Assembly (NCBI RefSeq): GCF_006345805.1 | Contig: NC_043017.1 | Coordinates: 27,900,001-27,964,000 of the forward strand | DNA length: 64,000 bases | Source of the DNA: Octopus sinensis | Taxonomy: Eukaryota | Direction of reading: 5' to 3' | Shown here: positions 1-14,944 of the stretch, piece by piece | Layout: every line of letters begins with the position of its first letter | Numbering within the stretch: the stretch's first letter is position 1 | Notes under the pieces: generated by a model | The model's database searches: none | The model's input: the letters and a program-made list of their open reading frames with translations, nothing else | Told to the model about the DNA's origin: nothing | Made by a program: the position numbers and the translations under genes

Positions 1-560
1 ATATTCATTCATTTATATATATATATATATATATTCATTCATTTATATATATATATATATTCATTCATTTATATATATATATATATATATTCATTCATTT
101 ATATATATATATTAATTCATTCATTTATATATATATATATATATTCATTCATTTATATATATATATATTCATTTATTTTATATAGATATTATTATATTAT
201 ATATATATATATATTCATTCATTTATATATATATATATTTCATTATTTATTATATATATATTATTTATTTATTATATATATCATTTTATTTATATATATA
301 TAAATTCATTTATTTATATATATATATATTCATTTATTCTATATATATATATATTCATTTATTTATATATATATATACTATTCATTTATTTTATATAATA
401 TATTTATATATATATATATATTTATTCATTTATTTATATATATATATTTATATATATATATATATTTATTCATTTATTTATATATATATATTTATAAATA
501 TATATATATTTATTCATTAATTTATATAAATATATATATATTTATATATATACATATATA
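1..560. repeat. Minisatellite ATTCATTCATTT-(AT)n
   Basis: Repeated attcattcattt/attcatttattt units separated by variable (TA)n, degenerating rightwards. Confidence 0.9.
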
Positions 561-695
561 GATATACATGAACACGCAAATCTAGTTTCTTACATAACTA
601 CTTACCTATAATTATTTATAGGTCAATATCTCTATTCCTTTCTAATATTCGTGGGCATACAAGCGGCTATGTCTTTGGGTCCACCTCTCACCCCG

Positions 696-726
<31 letters not shown>

Positions 727-966
727 CTCTCTCTTCCTCTCACCATTTATATATACATACACACATACAGTAATACTTTGTCACACCGACACACATACGT
801 ATATTCAAACATGCATACATACATACATACATACACGCACACATGTATATACATATATATAAACATATATATATATACATACACACATATATATATAAAT
901 ATATATATATAAACATATATATACATATATATACACACATATATATATATACACACACATTAATAT

Positions 967-1016
<50 letters not shown>

Positions 1017-1687
1017 ATACTATATATATATGTATAGGATGTAAATATATATATATATATATCACTTATTTGATACTGACACATTATTGCATAGGCGCCA
1101 TTACGATTACCGCAATAGTGTTTGAGCATTAGCAATAGCAGCAGCAGCAATAGTAGCAGTAGTATTAATAGTCATTGCCATTATTGCGTTGATAGACATT
1201 ATTCTTTGAGTCACATTTATATTGTTCCATGTCGTGCAAGTATCATTTTCGTTTCCTTTTGCTATTGACTACTCGTAAGGCAGGTGGATTGTATCCTCAC
1301 TTATTGTCTTCGCTTATATTCCACCTATTCACACAATCAACCGTATTGCTACTACTACTAATATATCTAGCTGAAAGCAAGCTACGCATTCATTGGTCGA
1401 TCTTGTGTTTCTAGCCTTCAGGTTGAAATGGCTGTTTCGTTCCAAAATTTAAAGTCTGACATGATAAATATATATCTATTCATTTTTCAATTAATGAAAA
1501 TGATATATATATATCTATATATATATATATATATATAATATATATGTGTGTGTGTTTGTGTATCTTTGTATATATGTTATTTACATACATACATATATAT
1601 ATATGTGTGTGTATCTTTGTATATATGTATAATACATCATACATATATATATATATATATATATGTGTGTCTATTATATATATGTAT

Positions 1688-1721
<34 letters not shown>

Positions 1722-2275
1722 TATGTGTGCGTGTATCTGTGGTATATATGTATATACATACATACATATATATATAAATATATACTATATACATATACAT
1801 ATATATATATATATATAAATATATAAACTGATATGTTAAACACACGTGCAAATATGGATTACGGTCACAAGTTCAGTCCACTGTGGGTCAGGTACTGGGT
1901 TAATTAGTATATAAGATTGATTGGATTATGACTTACCGAGCAAACATTCTCGAGGCATTTCCTGGAAACTATTCTAAAAACTACTGAAAGAATATCCTGA
2001 AAAACACAATAAGCTTGGCAGAATGTGACAAGGTTGGTTAGCTTAATAACAGGCACAGTCCGTCTGTCGATTTTAACACTCGAAGAATGGATTCACTAAT
2101 GTCCGTAAAGATTATCGTTTTTCAAATATGCCTCATAATTAATCGAAACCGAGACGTCATGATTGCGTAGCAAATCTCTTTAGCATTTGACCATAATTTC
2201 ACAACATCCATACCCAGGTGCTTTTGGTTTCTTAACACAATTGAGGGCACAAAAGTTTAATAGTAAAAATACATA

Positions 2276-2694
2276 GGCGCAGGAGTGGCTGTGTGGTAAG
2301 TAGCTTGCTAACCAACCACATGGTTCTGGGTTCAATCCCACTGCGTGGCATCTTGGGCGAGTGTCTTCTGCTATAGCCCCGGGCCGACCAATGCCTTGTG
2401 AGTGGATTTGGTAGGCGGAAACTGAAAGAAGCCTGTCGTATATATATATATATAAATATATATATATATAATGTATGTGTGTGTGTGTTTGTGTGTCTGT
2501 GTTTGTCCCCTAGCATTGCTTGAACAACCGATGCTGGTGTGTGTTTACGTCCCCGTCACTTAGCGGTTCGGCAAAAGAGACCGATATAATAAGTACTGGG
2601 CTTACAAAAAAAGTCTCGGGTCGATTTGCTCGACAAAGGCGGTGCTCCAGCATGGTCGCAGTCAAATGACTGAAACAAGTAAAAGAGTAAAGAG
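2276..2694 (+). mobile_element. tRNA-derived SINE family 1, full length
   Basis: Head ggcgcaggagtggctgtgtggtaag (A box), ggttcaatccc (B box), CORE-like cttgggcgagtgtctt, internal (TA)n(TG)n, tail gactgaaacaagtaaaagagtaaagag; many copies in window. Confidence 0.9.
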
Positions 2695-3777
2695 TTTATA
2701 TTCAAAATAAATATATTTCAGTTTTCGAAACAGCTATCCACAGTATTCTCCATCTCGCTAACTTTGGAAGAGCTATTCACATCTGCAGAGAAACTATAAC
2801 TCCTATTAAACGACTGGACATTTCCTTACTGCCCCAAATAACTGGCTGAGGACTTTTATGTCTTCAGTTAATAGAAATTTTGAATGGAATGTTCAGGCAA
2901 TATTCCATGTTGTGATACATATGTATTTCATAGCAAAGCAACCATCTATATATGTCGCAGATAGTCTTTTCAGCAAGTAGCATTTTATATTATATTAGTG
3001 ACATTGTGTGACAGTGGGATGTACAATATTGACGTTTCTAAACGGCGTCTAATTATATTTTTTGTCCTCCAAAGACAAGTGACATTAATGACACTTGAAA
3101 CTGCATATTACAAATTTCAGAGATTCCATGCCTCGTTTCCTCATGGGATAATTTCGTAGGTATCACTAGACGTGCGCTGCAAAGTATAACATTCAAGATG
3201 TGACGTGACGTAGTGGTTTATAATGTCCTGATGGGGACGTTTCAACATCATGATCATATCAAATGCATATTTACATAATGATCATATCAAATGCATATTT
3301 ACAAGATTGCATTTAATAGCACCTTCTGATTCATGTGTCTATCTGAAATGTTGTGCATCTGAAATGTCACAAACAACATATTGAGACTATCAACGAAAAA
3401 GTCACACATATACACACTCTGTGCGCATGTGTGTATGTGTGTTGTCGGATTGAAACAATTTGGTCTATTTTCTGGACGAAGCGGTCGGGATTCATCTTTT
3501 TGTGTTTCAATCACAGCATCCTTCCTATATCGATTTGTAAAGAAATGTCTTCAACTCTACGAAATACGAGAAAACTTGTAATACATTATTCGATTTCTGT
3601 ATTCTGCAAGGATATCTTAATACAGACACACACACACGTACATGGACACACGTACACGTACATACACACACGTACACGCACACACAGACACATATATGAT
3701 ATGTGACTGTCTCTTTGTATGACAATGTATCACAATTTCTTTCACTCTGTCTTTTTCCTACTCTCTCTCTTTACAAA

Positions 3778-3821
<44 letters not shown>

Positions 3822-3838
3822 TTACATACAAACGCACA

Positions 3839-3875
<37 letters not shown>

Positions 3876-3897
3876 GCATTTCATACAAAGACACATG

Positions 3898-3947
<50 letters not shown>

Positions 3948-3967
3948 TTACATACAACCGCACACGC

Positions 3968-3999
<32 letters not shown>

Positions 4000-4563
4000 A
4001 TAAGCATACACATACATAGAAGTATACGTTTTATATGGAGATCTATACATATTCCTATACATGCGTATGTTTGCGGACATATACATATATAGATTCAAAG
4101 ACACATATTTATACACTAATATATATATGTGTGTATGTGTGTGACTATGTTTCTTTGTTTGTGCGTATGTTTGTGTATATATTCGTCTGTATCAGTGTGA
4201 TGTAAGCAATGTATGTTTTTTTTTCTCTACGAATATATATTTAGCAATATCAGCCTGTATAAACGATTGCATTTCAATATACGAAAGTAAATCGCATTAG
4301 GTTAAAATTACACATCTCTAATTTTTTTTTCTTTGGGTTTTATTTTTTTTTAGTTTCTTTTCAAATATTTCCGTCTTTCTTTCTTTCATGATTTTCGCTG
4401 CCTCATTATAATTGAAATGGTATTCGAATTACAATATCTAGGCAATTTTCGGCTTCGTTATCTTCTTCATGGCAATGAAAACAAATTGAGTTTTTCCAAT
4501 ATCTGCACCATTGAAATCCAAATGTTTCAAAACTGCGCCAAATCTGTGTTGTATCAGTTCCCT

Positions 4564-4610
<47 letters not shown>

Positions 4611-4982
4611 CACATATCCATACGTATGTGTTATGTGTACGCATACATAAATGTATGTATATAGATGTGTATTGTGTTTCCATGTATGTTTTTGTACGCA
4701 TATGTCTGTTTGTCTCTGTACGTCAACTTGCTTCTGGATCTATGTGTGAGTGTTGTGAATCAAGTCAGCTGTAAAGTAAATGAGATCTCAACTCTAAGGC
4801 ATGCACATATATTTCCAAATTATTTATTTAATTTTTCTTCTCCCCTTAATAAAATTGAATTTCACGTCTTTCCCTGAGCGAAGGCGTTTTTCGATAATTC
4901 ATTCTCTCTCACTATTAATCTATTTTTCTATTGTGAAAATCATATATATATATATATATATATATTCATATAATATGTATAG

Positions 4983-5013
<31 letters not shown>

Positions 5014-5289
5014 TATATGTATATATACATACACACACATATATATATATATATGCATAGATATGTATGATGCTAGTGAGATATATAATATATATATATA
5101 TATATATGTACGTATAAATATGTACATATAAATATTTTTGTGCGTGTGTTTGCATACATATAACAAAGAAATATTTTATATTAGTGGTTATTATTTGCGT
5201 GTATATACGCATACGACTATTTCAATATGCGCAATCCATATCTATTTCTTTCTTTCTGTCTCTCTCTCTCCTTCTCTTACTCTCTCTTC

Positions 5290-5358
<69 letters not shown>

Positions 5359-6795
5359 AATAGACAGATATTAGATTGATTGATATATATACATATATAT
5401 ATATATATACGCGTATGTATGTATGTATGTGTGTATGTATGTATATATATATATATTTATATATATGCTTGTGTTTATATACTAATAGATGCATGCATAT
5501 AAATGCATACATACATATACATTAATACACACAGACTCACACACCCATAAATATATTGTATATGATGTAGGAAATGAAGTAAAACCTAGTAATGTTTTCA
5601 ATACATTTAACACGAACGTACCAGATAGAAAGGTAATTTCATCTCTTACACCATCAGATAAAAAGGCAGTTTCATCTCTTACGCTATCTGTTTTAAATAA
5701 GATATGTCATATAAACATTGTGATATATCTTAGCTAAATAAGATGTAACCTAGTTAAAACTGGGAGAGCTGCTTTTTCAAATGATGATTTCCTTCATTTT
5801 GGACAGAAGCGCTATGACGCTTTTGTCTATCATGTATAAAAAATCTGTATATATGACTTATTGGGAAGTGCTTGTCGAATAACGCAAATAATCTTGCCCA
5901 CGTCAGTTTTAATATTTACGGACAACGATGGGTGAAACTTATTATTTCCCTATGTCCAGTTTTAGGCTCCATACTTTTCATTGAATATTGGTAAGATATG
6001 TCATAATGTTCGAGGATTTCGAGTTTGCCCACTGGAACACGTACATTAGGTAAACTGCGTCGTATTTTAGTCATAAGTCACAGCAGTGCTACAAGATAAG
6101 GGAATAAAAAAAGAAAACCGATGTCGGTTTATGCGAAGTGCTTTGTGCAAACCAGTCATCTTCTTGTCACATCGTTGAAAATAAATCTACTAAGTTGGCT
6201 AGCCACAAATAGGATCTAAAATCTAATTGCATACCACATACAATCTATTTCACAGCCATACAGAAACCTATGTCATATGTAGGTTGATCAAATGGATGCA
6301 ATCTATGCGTAGCTGAAAACTCTCACATTCCCTTAAGATCTAAGAATTACATCACACTCATCAATTCCAGATTCGAAACTTTCAGAAAATTCAAGCACAT
6401 GGGAAAATTATTTGGGCAACCTATAGGACGCGCTTGAAATTGGGCAAATGTCTCATATAGTTGAATTTTTGTACACAGGCTAGATCAATTATACATTCTA
6501 CGGACAAAGAGGATGTAACTCTTAAGTTTCTTCCCTATATTTTTTTCATTTTTATTCACCATTTTTTCTTCCCGTTCTATACTTTGCATTAACTATCTCT
6601 TTTTCTCTGGTATTTTCACATGCGCCAGCAACAGGATTTTTGAATCCTGTTGCTGGTGCATGTGAACATGTGTCTATATTTCTTGATCAAGCTTTCGGAA
6701 GCAAGAAGCTGAGTTGTTTATATAAGTATAAACATCAGGTATCGCGAGTATATGGAAATACTAACTGGCATTCTACTATGAGCTTTTATGATTTA

Positions 6796-7182
6796 CTAGC
6801 AGTATCGCCCGGCGTTGCTCGGGTTTGTAAGGGAAATAACTATTTTTAGAGATTTAAAGTATAATAGCCATCTCAATATGGCTAACCACAAGGGGGGGTG
6901 TTACTGTAGCTTTTTACGTTCTGAGATTTAATAATGAATTTTTAGAGAGTTACTTCCCTCGTATATGCCAAAAATGCATTTAAAATGGGAAAAATTTATG
7001 GTAAATCCTTTTTTAAATCGTAGACTCATCGTAGACGCGCGCTAATACCCAGAAGGGCTCGATATGAATCACGACTATAAGATACCCGGTTTTGGTTAAA
7101 CTGCACCGCAAAATGTGGGAGTAGTTAGGAATCTAAATCGTAGGAGACAGACAGCACACAACCTTACTTTTATATATAAAGA
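6796..7182 (-). mobile_element. Non-autonomous Helitron (387 bp)
   Basis: Minus strand reads A|TCtttatatataaaag...cccgagcaacgccgggcgatactgCTAG|T: 5' TC, subterminal GC hairpin, 3' CTAG, inserted between A and T; second copy at 26586. Confidence 0.85.
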
Positions 7183-7919
7183 TTTGCTATCAGTTATCCA
7201 TCAGCGTGGAACTCATTTCCTCATTACGAATGCATACTGTAACGTATTTAAACGCACATATTAAAGACACAGAGGTATCATAGCCTATAATGTACCTATA
7301 CATCTATATGTATATGTACTTTATACATATTCCCATGGGCACATTATTATACACATTCATATGGGCACAAAATAAAAATTAAAATAAATTGGGCAAAAGG
7401 TTGTAACTGAAATAGTCAATATCACGAGTTTGGTAATTGAGAATTCATTAATTATATACCCGAAAATTTTTTTTAATCTAATTAATCTAAATGAATCGCT
7501 TGTTTGATGAGAGAACGCAAACAGCTAATGGCAATTTTTAACGACTCTTAAAGTAAATTGGAATCACTTTCATGAAATTAATAATTAATTACACGGAGTT
7601 AATTGACATGCCTCGTGAATGGGAAGTCTGATCTTTGTTTGCATGCAAGAGAGATAAATGTGTACATGTCTCTACCCATTTGATCTCATCAGCAATGTGT
7701 GGAGTAAACTTGCATGCTACTCGGTTGGGAATAAGAAGAGTAACTATCTTTTCTCGTTATAGATAACTATGATGCTTGGCGCAAACAATGGAGTATGTTC
7801 CGAAACACATGCGCGGTGGCGGACTGGCCAGGTTGCCAACTTGCCCCATGGAAAGTGGGCCCCTCTGGCATTAGAATCCATATATGGGGCCCATGTTATT
7901 ACTTAAGGAGTCCATTCTT

Positions 7920-8128
7920 TTACTCCTTCTCCTTCTTATTCTTGTTCTTCTTCTTCTCATTATTATTATTGTCATCGTGGTCATCGTCATCATCATCATC
8001 ATCATCTTTATCATCATTATCATTATCCTCATTATCATTATCATCATTATTATCATCATCATTATTATCATCATCATTATCATCATTATTATCATCCTCA
8101 TTAACATCATTGTTATTATTATTATTAT
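7920..8128. repeat. Compound (TCT/TCA/TTA)n microsatellite
   Basis: Seen directly. Confidence 0.95.
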
Positions 8129-8129
8129 A

Positions 8130-8357
8130 GGCGAGCTGGCAGAAACGTTAGCACGCCGGGCGAAATGCTTAGCAGTATTTCGTCTGCCGCTACGTTCTGA
8201 GTTCAAATTCCGCCGTGGTCGACTTTGCCTTTCATCTTTCGGGGTCGATTAAATAAGTACCAATTACACACTGGGGTTGATGTAATCGACTTAATCCGTT
8301 TGGCTGTCCTTGTTTGTCCCCTCTGTGTTCAGCCCCTCTGTGGGTAGTAAAGAAATA
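8130..8357 (+). mobile_element. tRNA-derived SINE family 2 (Meta-domain-like core)
   Basis: ggcgagctggcagaaacgttag head, gagttcaaattcc B box, core gcctttcatctttcggggtcgattaaataagtacc, tail gtgggtagtaaagaaata. Confidence 0.9.
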
Positions 8358-8480
8358 TATTATTATTATTATATATGCATGCATGTGCGTATGCATACGA
8401 CGTGCTTTAATCAGTTTCCTTCTAACAAACTCACTCGCACGTCTCCTTGGTTCACTCCAGGGCTATACAAGAAGAAACTT

Positions 8481-8629
8481 GGTGTAGGAGTGGCTGTGTG
8501 GTAAGTAGCGTGGTTACGAACCACATGATTTCGGGTTCAGCCCCACTGCGTGGCATCTTTCGCAAGAGTTTTCTACTATAGCCTCGGGCCGATCAAAGCT
8601 TTGTGAGTGGATTTGGTAGACGGAAAGTC

Positions 8630-8635
<6 letters not shown>
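8481..8635 (+). mobile_element. SINE family 1, 5' half, abutting an older minus-strand fragment at ~8398-8480
   Basis: Matches 2276 copy up to the internal (TA)n. Confidence 0.8.
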
Positions 8636-8673
<38 letters not shown>

Positions 8674-9502
8674 TAGGGAAGTGCGTGTGTTATTTTCGCG
8701 CTTGTGTGTATGTGTAGAATCTTTTGTGAATAAAACGCTACTATAAATACTTTAGATAACGTAAGTGAAAAGAAATACAAATAAAAACACCAAGCCTTAT
8801 GTTTTACCGATAACCTTTATGGAAGTAGAAAATGATGAAATTCAAATAAGAGTCGTAACAGCGGGGATTAGTTATAATAAAGAAATAAACAAATGAAAAA
8901 ACATACAGGAATAATAAATAAATAAATACGTAAATAAATTCTGTTTCTTTGCTATTCAACATCACACCAAACTAAACAATTGTCCCCGCTGAGAAGGTTT
9001 ATATTTTGTCAGGAAAAACATGCTTCTTACATGTGTGGAGTGGTTAAAAGGTATAGCGAAAAAGAAAACGAAGACGGAAATAAAATAATCTAATGCAAAA
9101 ACATTTGGTGAGACATGAACTTTCATGTGGAGTTCTGAAAAAAACTGAATCAACAAATGACAGGCATATTTGCTTTCTTTTTATTTATTAAAGAAGTTTT
9201 AGTTAAGGGAACTTCCTGACAATAGAAAAATGACAGAGAAAGAAAGGGAATAAGAAAGGTGAAAAGTAAAACAGCCAAAATATCTTAAATGATTTTTGTT
9301 CCTTTCTACCTACTTAGCTTTAAGACAGAGGACAGAAACGAAAGTCAAAATTCTTCTAGAAATAGAAGTGAAAATTCTTTTGGAATTACACCCTACTGGC
9401 TTGGGGGAGTAAAATTATACTCTGGTAATTTTTGTCGTTTTATATGAAGAAAATGTTCTTGGCTAAAAAAGTATTCATGAGAGATAGATTAGAGGCTATA
9501 TA

Positions 9503-9734
9503 AAGGCGGCGAGCTGGCAGAAACGTTAACACGCTGGGCGAAGTGCTTAGCCGTATTTCGTCTGCCGTTACGTTCTGGGTTCAAATTCCACCGAGGTCGA
9601 CGTTGCCTTTCATCCTTTCAGCGTCGATAAATAAAGTACCAGTTACGCACTGGGGTCGATGTAATCGACTTAATCCATTTGTCTGTCCTTGTTTGTCCCC
9701 TCTATGTTCAGCCCCTTGTGGGTAGTAAAGAAAT
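9503..9734 (+). mobile_element. SINE family 2
   Basis: Full-length match to 8130 copy. Confidence 0.9.
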
Positions 9735-10994
9735 ATATATAAAGTGCTAGAGAATTTTCGCATTCGAATCTCACACCTTCAACACACGCACACACACACA
9801 CAGACACATATGTATATAGGCAATAGCCACCGTAAAACAAAAAAAGTCTGGTACTTTGATAGTCCACCCGAGTAATATTGAAATCAAAGTGGTTCATAGG
9901 TAGAAAATTGTTGAGAAACGGTTACGAAATGGCTGAGAACTACTATGATAATACAATATCGTTCTAAGTAGTTGATCTGTGTTGAATGATTACTTGTAAT
10001 ATGTTATCAGAGCAATTAAAACTTTCGATTACTTATATGTTCACAGTTAACATTGTACAAAATAGTCTTGTTTTCAAATGGTGTTAATGTGTGAATTTCG
10101 AATTTATAAAGAAACATAGCATAAATTTTATTCATATCTCACCAACCTCCGCATAGAAAAAAAAAAACCTGTGACCCTATAGCACGAGGAGTAACTACTA
10201 TTATGTTCATGACAATGAAATCGATATTATTATTTATAGAATCTTGGTTTGAAATCGTAGCTATGTTATGTCTTAGAATCTTAGTGGTCTCACTTCAGTG
10301 TTTATCGATTTGATGTTAACGTATTATGTCAAAGTAGTAGAGTTGCTAACATTTCTAAAGCCTGGAGACTGTTCAAAGCTATTTTAGTTCATACTTAGAG
10401 TCGTTTATTTCAAATCGTCTAGCAGCTAAAATTCTAAAGCTTAGTTATCCAAAATAAGTCATGAAACCATAGAACGGTTCTTCACACGAACTTTGTTCAC
10501 AGACGCGTTACAACGCTTTAAGTGTATGGAATTTCACTTTGAATATGCAGAAAACTGAACAATACAATGCATAAGCGAATGCTGACACTCACAGGCAGTG
10601 AGTTGAAAGCTGCTATCAAACGATTCTGTGGCCCGTAAAATAAGAATACAGAACCTTGTGGAATAGAAAGCTTGTATTCATTCAACTACGCTCTATTAAT
10701 CAATGAACGAAAACAAAGCCATTTTGAATACATCAAAATCTTTAATACAAATCAAAGAATAGGCATGTAAGATCCTGAACCTTTGGATCTTCTCCGCCAA
10801 TATATACGGAATTCGCATAATCCTTTTAATCTTTTCTCTCACAGAAACTGGACCTACTGCTTATATAATTATTGGTACTGTGGTCCAATATTTATGTGCA
10901 TAATTTATATATTTCTGAGTTACTGAGCCTTTAATACACTAAGTTACCGAACCAATACATATTTGGTTCCTGTACGCGTATGACATGCATAAGA

Positions 10995-11300
10995 TTTCTT
11001 CTTCTTCGTCTTCTTCTTCTTTTTCTTTTCTTTTTCTTCTTATTATTATCACCGTCATCATCAACGTCACCACCATCACCTACACCATTATCACCACCAT
11101 CATCGTCGTTATTATTATTGTTGTTGTTGTTGTTATTTTTATCATCATCATATTCATCATCATCATCTTCATCATCATTATCATTTTCATCATCATCATC
11201 AATATCATCATTATTATTATTATTATCATTAGTAGTAGTAGTATTAGTAGTAGTAGTAGTAGTAGTAAGAGTAGTAGTGGTAGCAGCAGCAGCAATAGTG
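10995..11300. repeat. Compound triplet microsatellite (TCT/TCA/TTA/GTA)
   Basis: Seen directly. Confidence 0.95.
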
Positions 11301-11322
11301 ACGGTATTTAACCACATTCGTG

Positions 11323-11353
<31 letters not shown>

Positions 11354-12789
11354 GCTTAAAAACATTCCCATACATGTTCGTATGTCAGTATGTATGTATA
11401 TATGTATGTATGCATGCATGCATGAATGTATAAATGCGTGTATGCAAATGTATGTACATATATAATATATAGGCCGTTTGTGTCTCTCTCACGTATTTAA
11501 ACAAAAACTCTAAACATTTCTCAATCATTTTTATTTCTGCCAAATGTAAAGTTAACTCCAATACTATCATTATTCTCTTCTACACTATCACACCCACGTT
11601 ATTCTAAAAACCGACAGTAAACGAGGTAACAGCGCTTTGTGTCTCCTAGTTTTTGTGCTGCTTCTTTGATCCTTATAAACCTCTACCGGTTTATTATTTT
11701 TTTGCATCTGCAGTTCTCGTTATGTCAATTATAAAAACACCCTCTATTTTAGTCCAAGTTACAATTTAACAATCCATACTATTTTCCTTTTAATGTAATC
11801 TGTAAAAACTATTCATCCTTCTTTTCCATTCCTTTTCATAATGCGTCAACTTTAGTTACTGGCTGCTCCATAATATTGTTTATTGTTAGGATTTTCTGGT
11901 TCTTTTTTTTCACTTTGATGATTTTCTTTTTCGCAATTTCCACCATAATTCTGCTTCTGTCAGTCGCCATTTCTTTGATTATTTTCTCTATTCAGTCTAA
12001 TGTCGTCACCATCAAAATACTATTTTCCTTTAATGGAATGCTAGTATTGTTTTCTTTAATTTCTCTTTGCTTTCCATTTCTCAGCAGTTATTGTCTGTCA
12101 TTGCTATGCAGCCGGCATTTCTAAATACAAATACACGGATATCATTTTATACCGTTTTTGTTTTTTGCATTTTCTTTTACATTTTATTTTTTATCTTATA
12201 TTCATTTATTACTACTTTTTACTCGGTTTCTGCATTTGACAACATTTCTTTTCTTTGGAATATCTATGAACAACACGATCTCATATTATTTGGCTGAATA
12301 TTCTCTGAGGATAATTGTCATTATCGTCTATATGTATACGTAGAGGATATCCCAAGGCTTTCACTGAATATCCACAAGCCCTTACATTTTTGCTTTTGAT
12401 AAATGACCTTCCACGATCCAGTCATAAAATAGCCGTGAAGGGCCTTCTGCATTTTCTATTTTAGTGTTTCTCCTCCATGTATAATCTCTACACAGCTTTG
12501 CCCAAAAACAATATACAACAACAAAAACTCCGTTCATCTTTGATAACATTTCGTGGGGAAATGTTGCTTTACGATGAGATCTGACTCGTTTTCTCTTATG
12601 TTTATTTTCATCTCTTTTTCGATGTTTCTTCTCGCATCTTGCCAGTAACTAAATGCTCTTTTGTTAGATTATTTAGACTCACGGGACACGCAGATGCTTT
12701 ACTCTACTACATATGTGTTAAAGTATAGATTCTCATACACTTTTCATCAAAGTCATGTTCTTAATTCTACACCTGCAAAAATTCTGATA

Positions 12790-13150
12790 TCTCTCTATAT
12801 ATAAACGGCAAAATGTCTGCGAGTGTGTCCTTTATGCAAATCCACAATTTTTCAGTTAGAGGGCTTGCACTTTCTATGGTCATTTAAAACCAAGGGTGGT
12901 CGTGCCCATATTTATATTTTCCCCAGTCGCTCCCCAAAGCCATTAAAAAATCAATAGAAGTGACTTTTTTGTGAATTTTCTATCAAAAATCCAATCAAAA
13001 TGCCCAAAACTTGATACGCCAATTGAATGCCAGCTAGCTGTATGTGATTGGTTGGAGATTTGGACAGTACTCGCGTCTATGTGTGCACGCACGCAGCGGT
13101 ATATGCATGCACTAGCACCATGACCCGGCGTCACCGGGTCATAGTGCTAG
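12790..13150 (+). mobile_element. Non-autonomous Helitron (361 bp), second family
   Basis: A|TCtctctatatataaacgg...gacccggcgtcaccgggtcatagtgCTAG|T; TC start, 3' hairpin, CTAG end, AT target. Confidence 0.85.
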
Positions 13151-13476
13151 TGGTTAATGAAGCAATGTTTATTTACTGCATTATATATTTTAACTGAGCA
13201 AAACAGATATTTGTAAATGGTAGTAACAGAATGTGAGTTAATTGGTCTGTGTGTCTACTGTCATCTTTTTTACGAAGAGCGTTGTGCAAATGTGGATTAG
13301 TATTTTGATTTAAAATATATTTAAAAGTGTTTTCCTCTCTAAATTTTTCTAATCTTTTTGATTTTAGATAATCTTTGAAGGTAACATATTCTTAAATTAT
13401 TCTTAACACATGGGATTATTCCTACAAACGATCTACTTATACAAATATTTTCAAGGAATTCCAACGAAGGGCAAGT

Positions 13477-13632
13477 GGGGAGGTTCTGTGGCAAGAAGCT
13501 TGCTTACCAGCCACATGGTACCGGGTCAGTCCCACTGCGTGGCACCTTGGGCGAGTGTCTTCTACTATAGCCTCAGGCCAACCAAAGCCTTGTGAGTGGA
13601 TTTGGTAGACGGAAACTGAAAGAAGCCCGTCG

Positions 13633-13671
<39 letters not shown>

Positions 13672-13895
13672 GTGTGTGTGTGTGTGTGTGTGTTTGCCTG
13701 TGAGTTTGTTCCTCCACCATCGCTTGACAACCGATGTTGGTGTGTTTACGTCCCCGTAACTTAGCGGTTCAGCAAAAGAAACCGGGAGAATAACTACTAG
13801 GCTTACAAAGAAAAAAGTCCTGGGATCAATTTGTTCGACTAAAAAGAGGTACTCCAGCATGGTCACACTCATATAACTGAAACAGATATTAGAAT
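13477..13895 (+). mobile_element. SINE family 1
   Basis: Diverged full-length copy. Confidence 0.85.
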
Positions 13896-14214
13896 AAAAC
13901 GATACTTTTACAGATGTTGAGACCCTCGTATATTTCTACTTCATTACGTCCAAATTGATCTTTCTCAGCAATTCTTGTATAATCTCATATATCCACAGCT
14001 TTCCGTTTATCTCTTCTTTGCTGTAAGCGCAGCTTTTAGAAATCAGCAATTCTCACATCATATAGAGACTGGCATAGACTTTCAAGTAGCAGAGAAAAAA
14101 AAATACGAATGACACAAAATGGCTCAAGCTACTAGAAACGATGGGTGAAAAATTCTGCTACTAACCCCATACTTAAACAAGAAAGTCTCTTTAATAACAA
14201 TGATAATAATAATA

Positions 14215-14437
14215 ATAATCCTATCTACCAAAGGCACAAGGCCTGAAATTTGCGGAGCGGGAGTAAATAGGTCACATAGACACCAATATTTGAGTGGCAC
14301 ATAATTTATCGACTCCGAAAGGGTGAAAGGCAAAGCTGACCTCGGGGGGCGGAATTTGAACTCAGAGCAATAAGACAGGCGAAATACCGCTAAGCATATT
14401 GCCTGGTGTGCTAACGATTCTGCTACCTCACCGCCTT
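14215..14437 (-). mobile_element. SINE family 2, alternative-tail subtype
   Basis: Reverse complement of head and core; tail aaatttcaggccttgtgcctttggtagatagg followed by (ATT)n. Confidence 0.8.
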
Positions 14438-14610
14438 TATAATAATAATAATAATAGTAATACAAATAATATTAATAATAGTAGTAATAATAATAATAGT
14501 AGTAGTAATAATAATAATAGTAGTAGTAATAATAATAATAGTAGTAATAATAATAGTAGTAGTAGTAGTAGTAATAATAGTAGTAGTAGTAGTAGTAGTA
14601 GTAGTAATAA

Positions 14611-14651
<41 letters not shown>

Positions 14652-14940
14652 ATAATAGTAGTAGTAGTAATAGTAGTAGTAATAATAATAATAGTAGTAG
14701 TAGTAATAGTAGTAGTAATAATATTAATAGTAGTAGTAGTAGTAATAGTAGTAGTAATAATAATAATAGAAGTAGTAATAATAATAATAGAAGTAGTAGT
14801 AATAATAATAGAAGTAGTAGTAGTAGTAATAATAACAGAAGTAGTAGTAATAATAATAATAATAATAGTAGTAGTAGCAGTAGTAATAATAATAATAATA
14901 ATAATAATGATAAGAAGAAGAACAACAACAACAGGAACAA
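14438..14940. repeat. (AAT/AGT)n triplet array, ~500 bp
   Basis: Seen directly. Confidence 0.95.
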
Positions 14941-14944
14941 AAAT

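Noticed and set aside
3248-3305. Short ~28-bp tandem duplications (also ~5620-5690)
   Set aside because: Ordinary local slippage duplications with no further structure
7812-7885. GC-rich cggtggcggactggcc, resembling a hAT/MITE end
   Set aside because: No matching opposite TIR or TSD found
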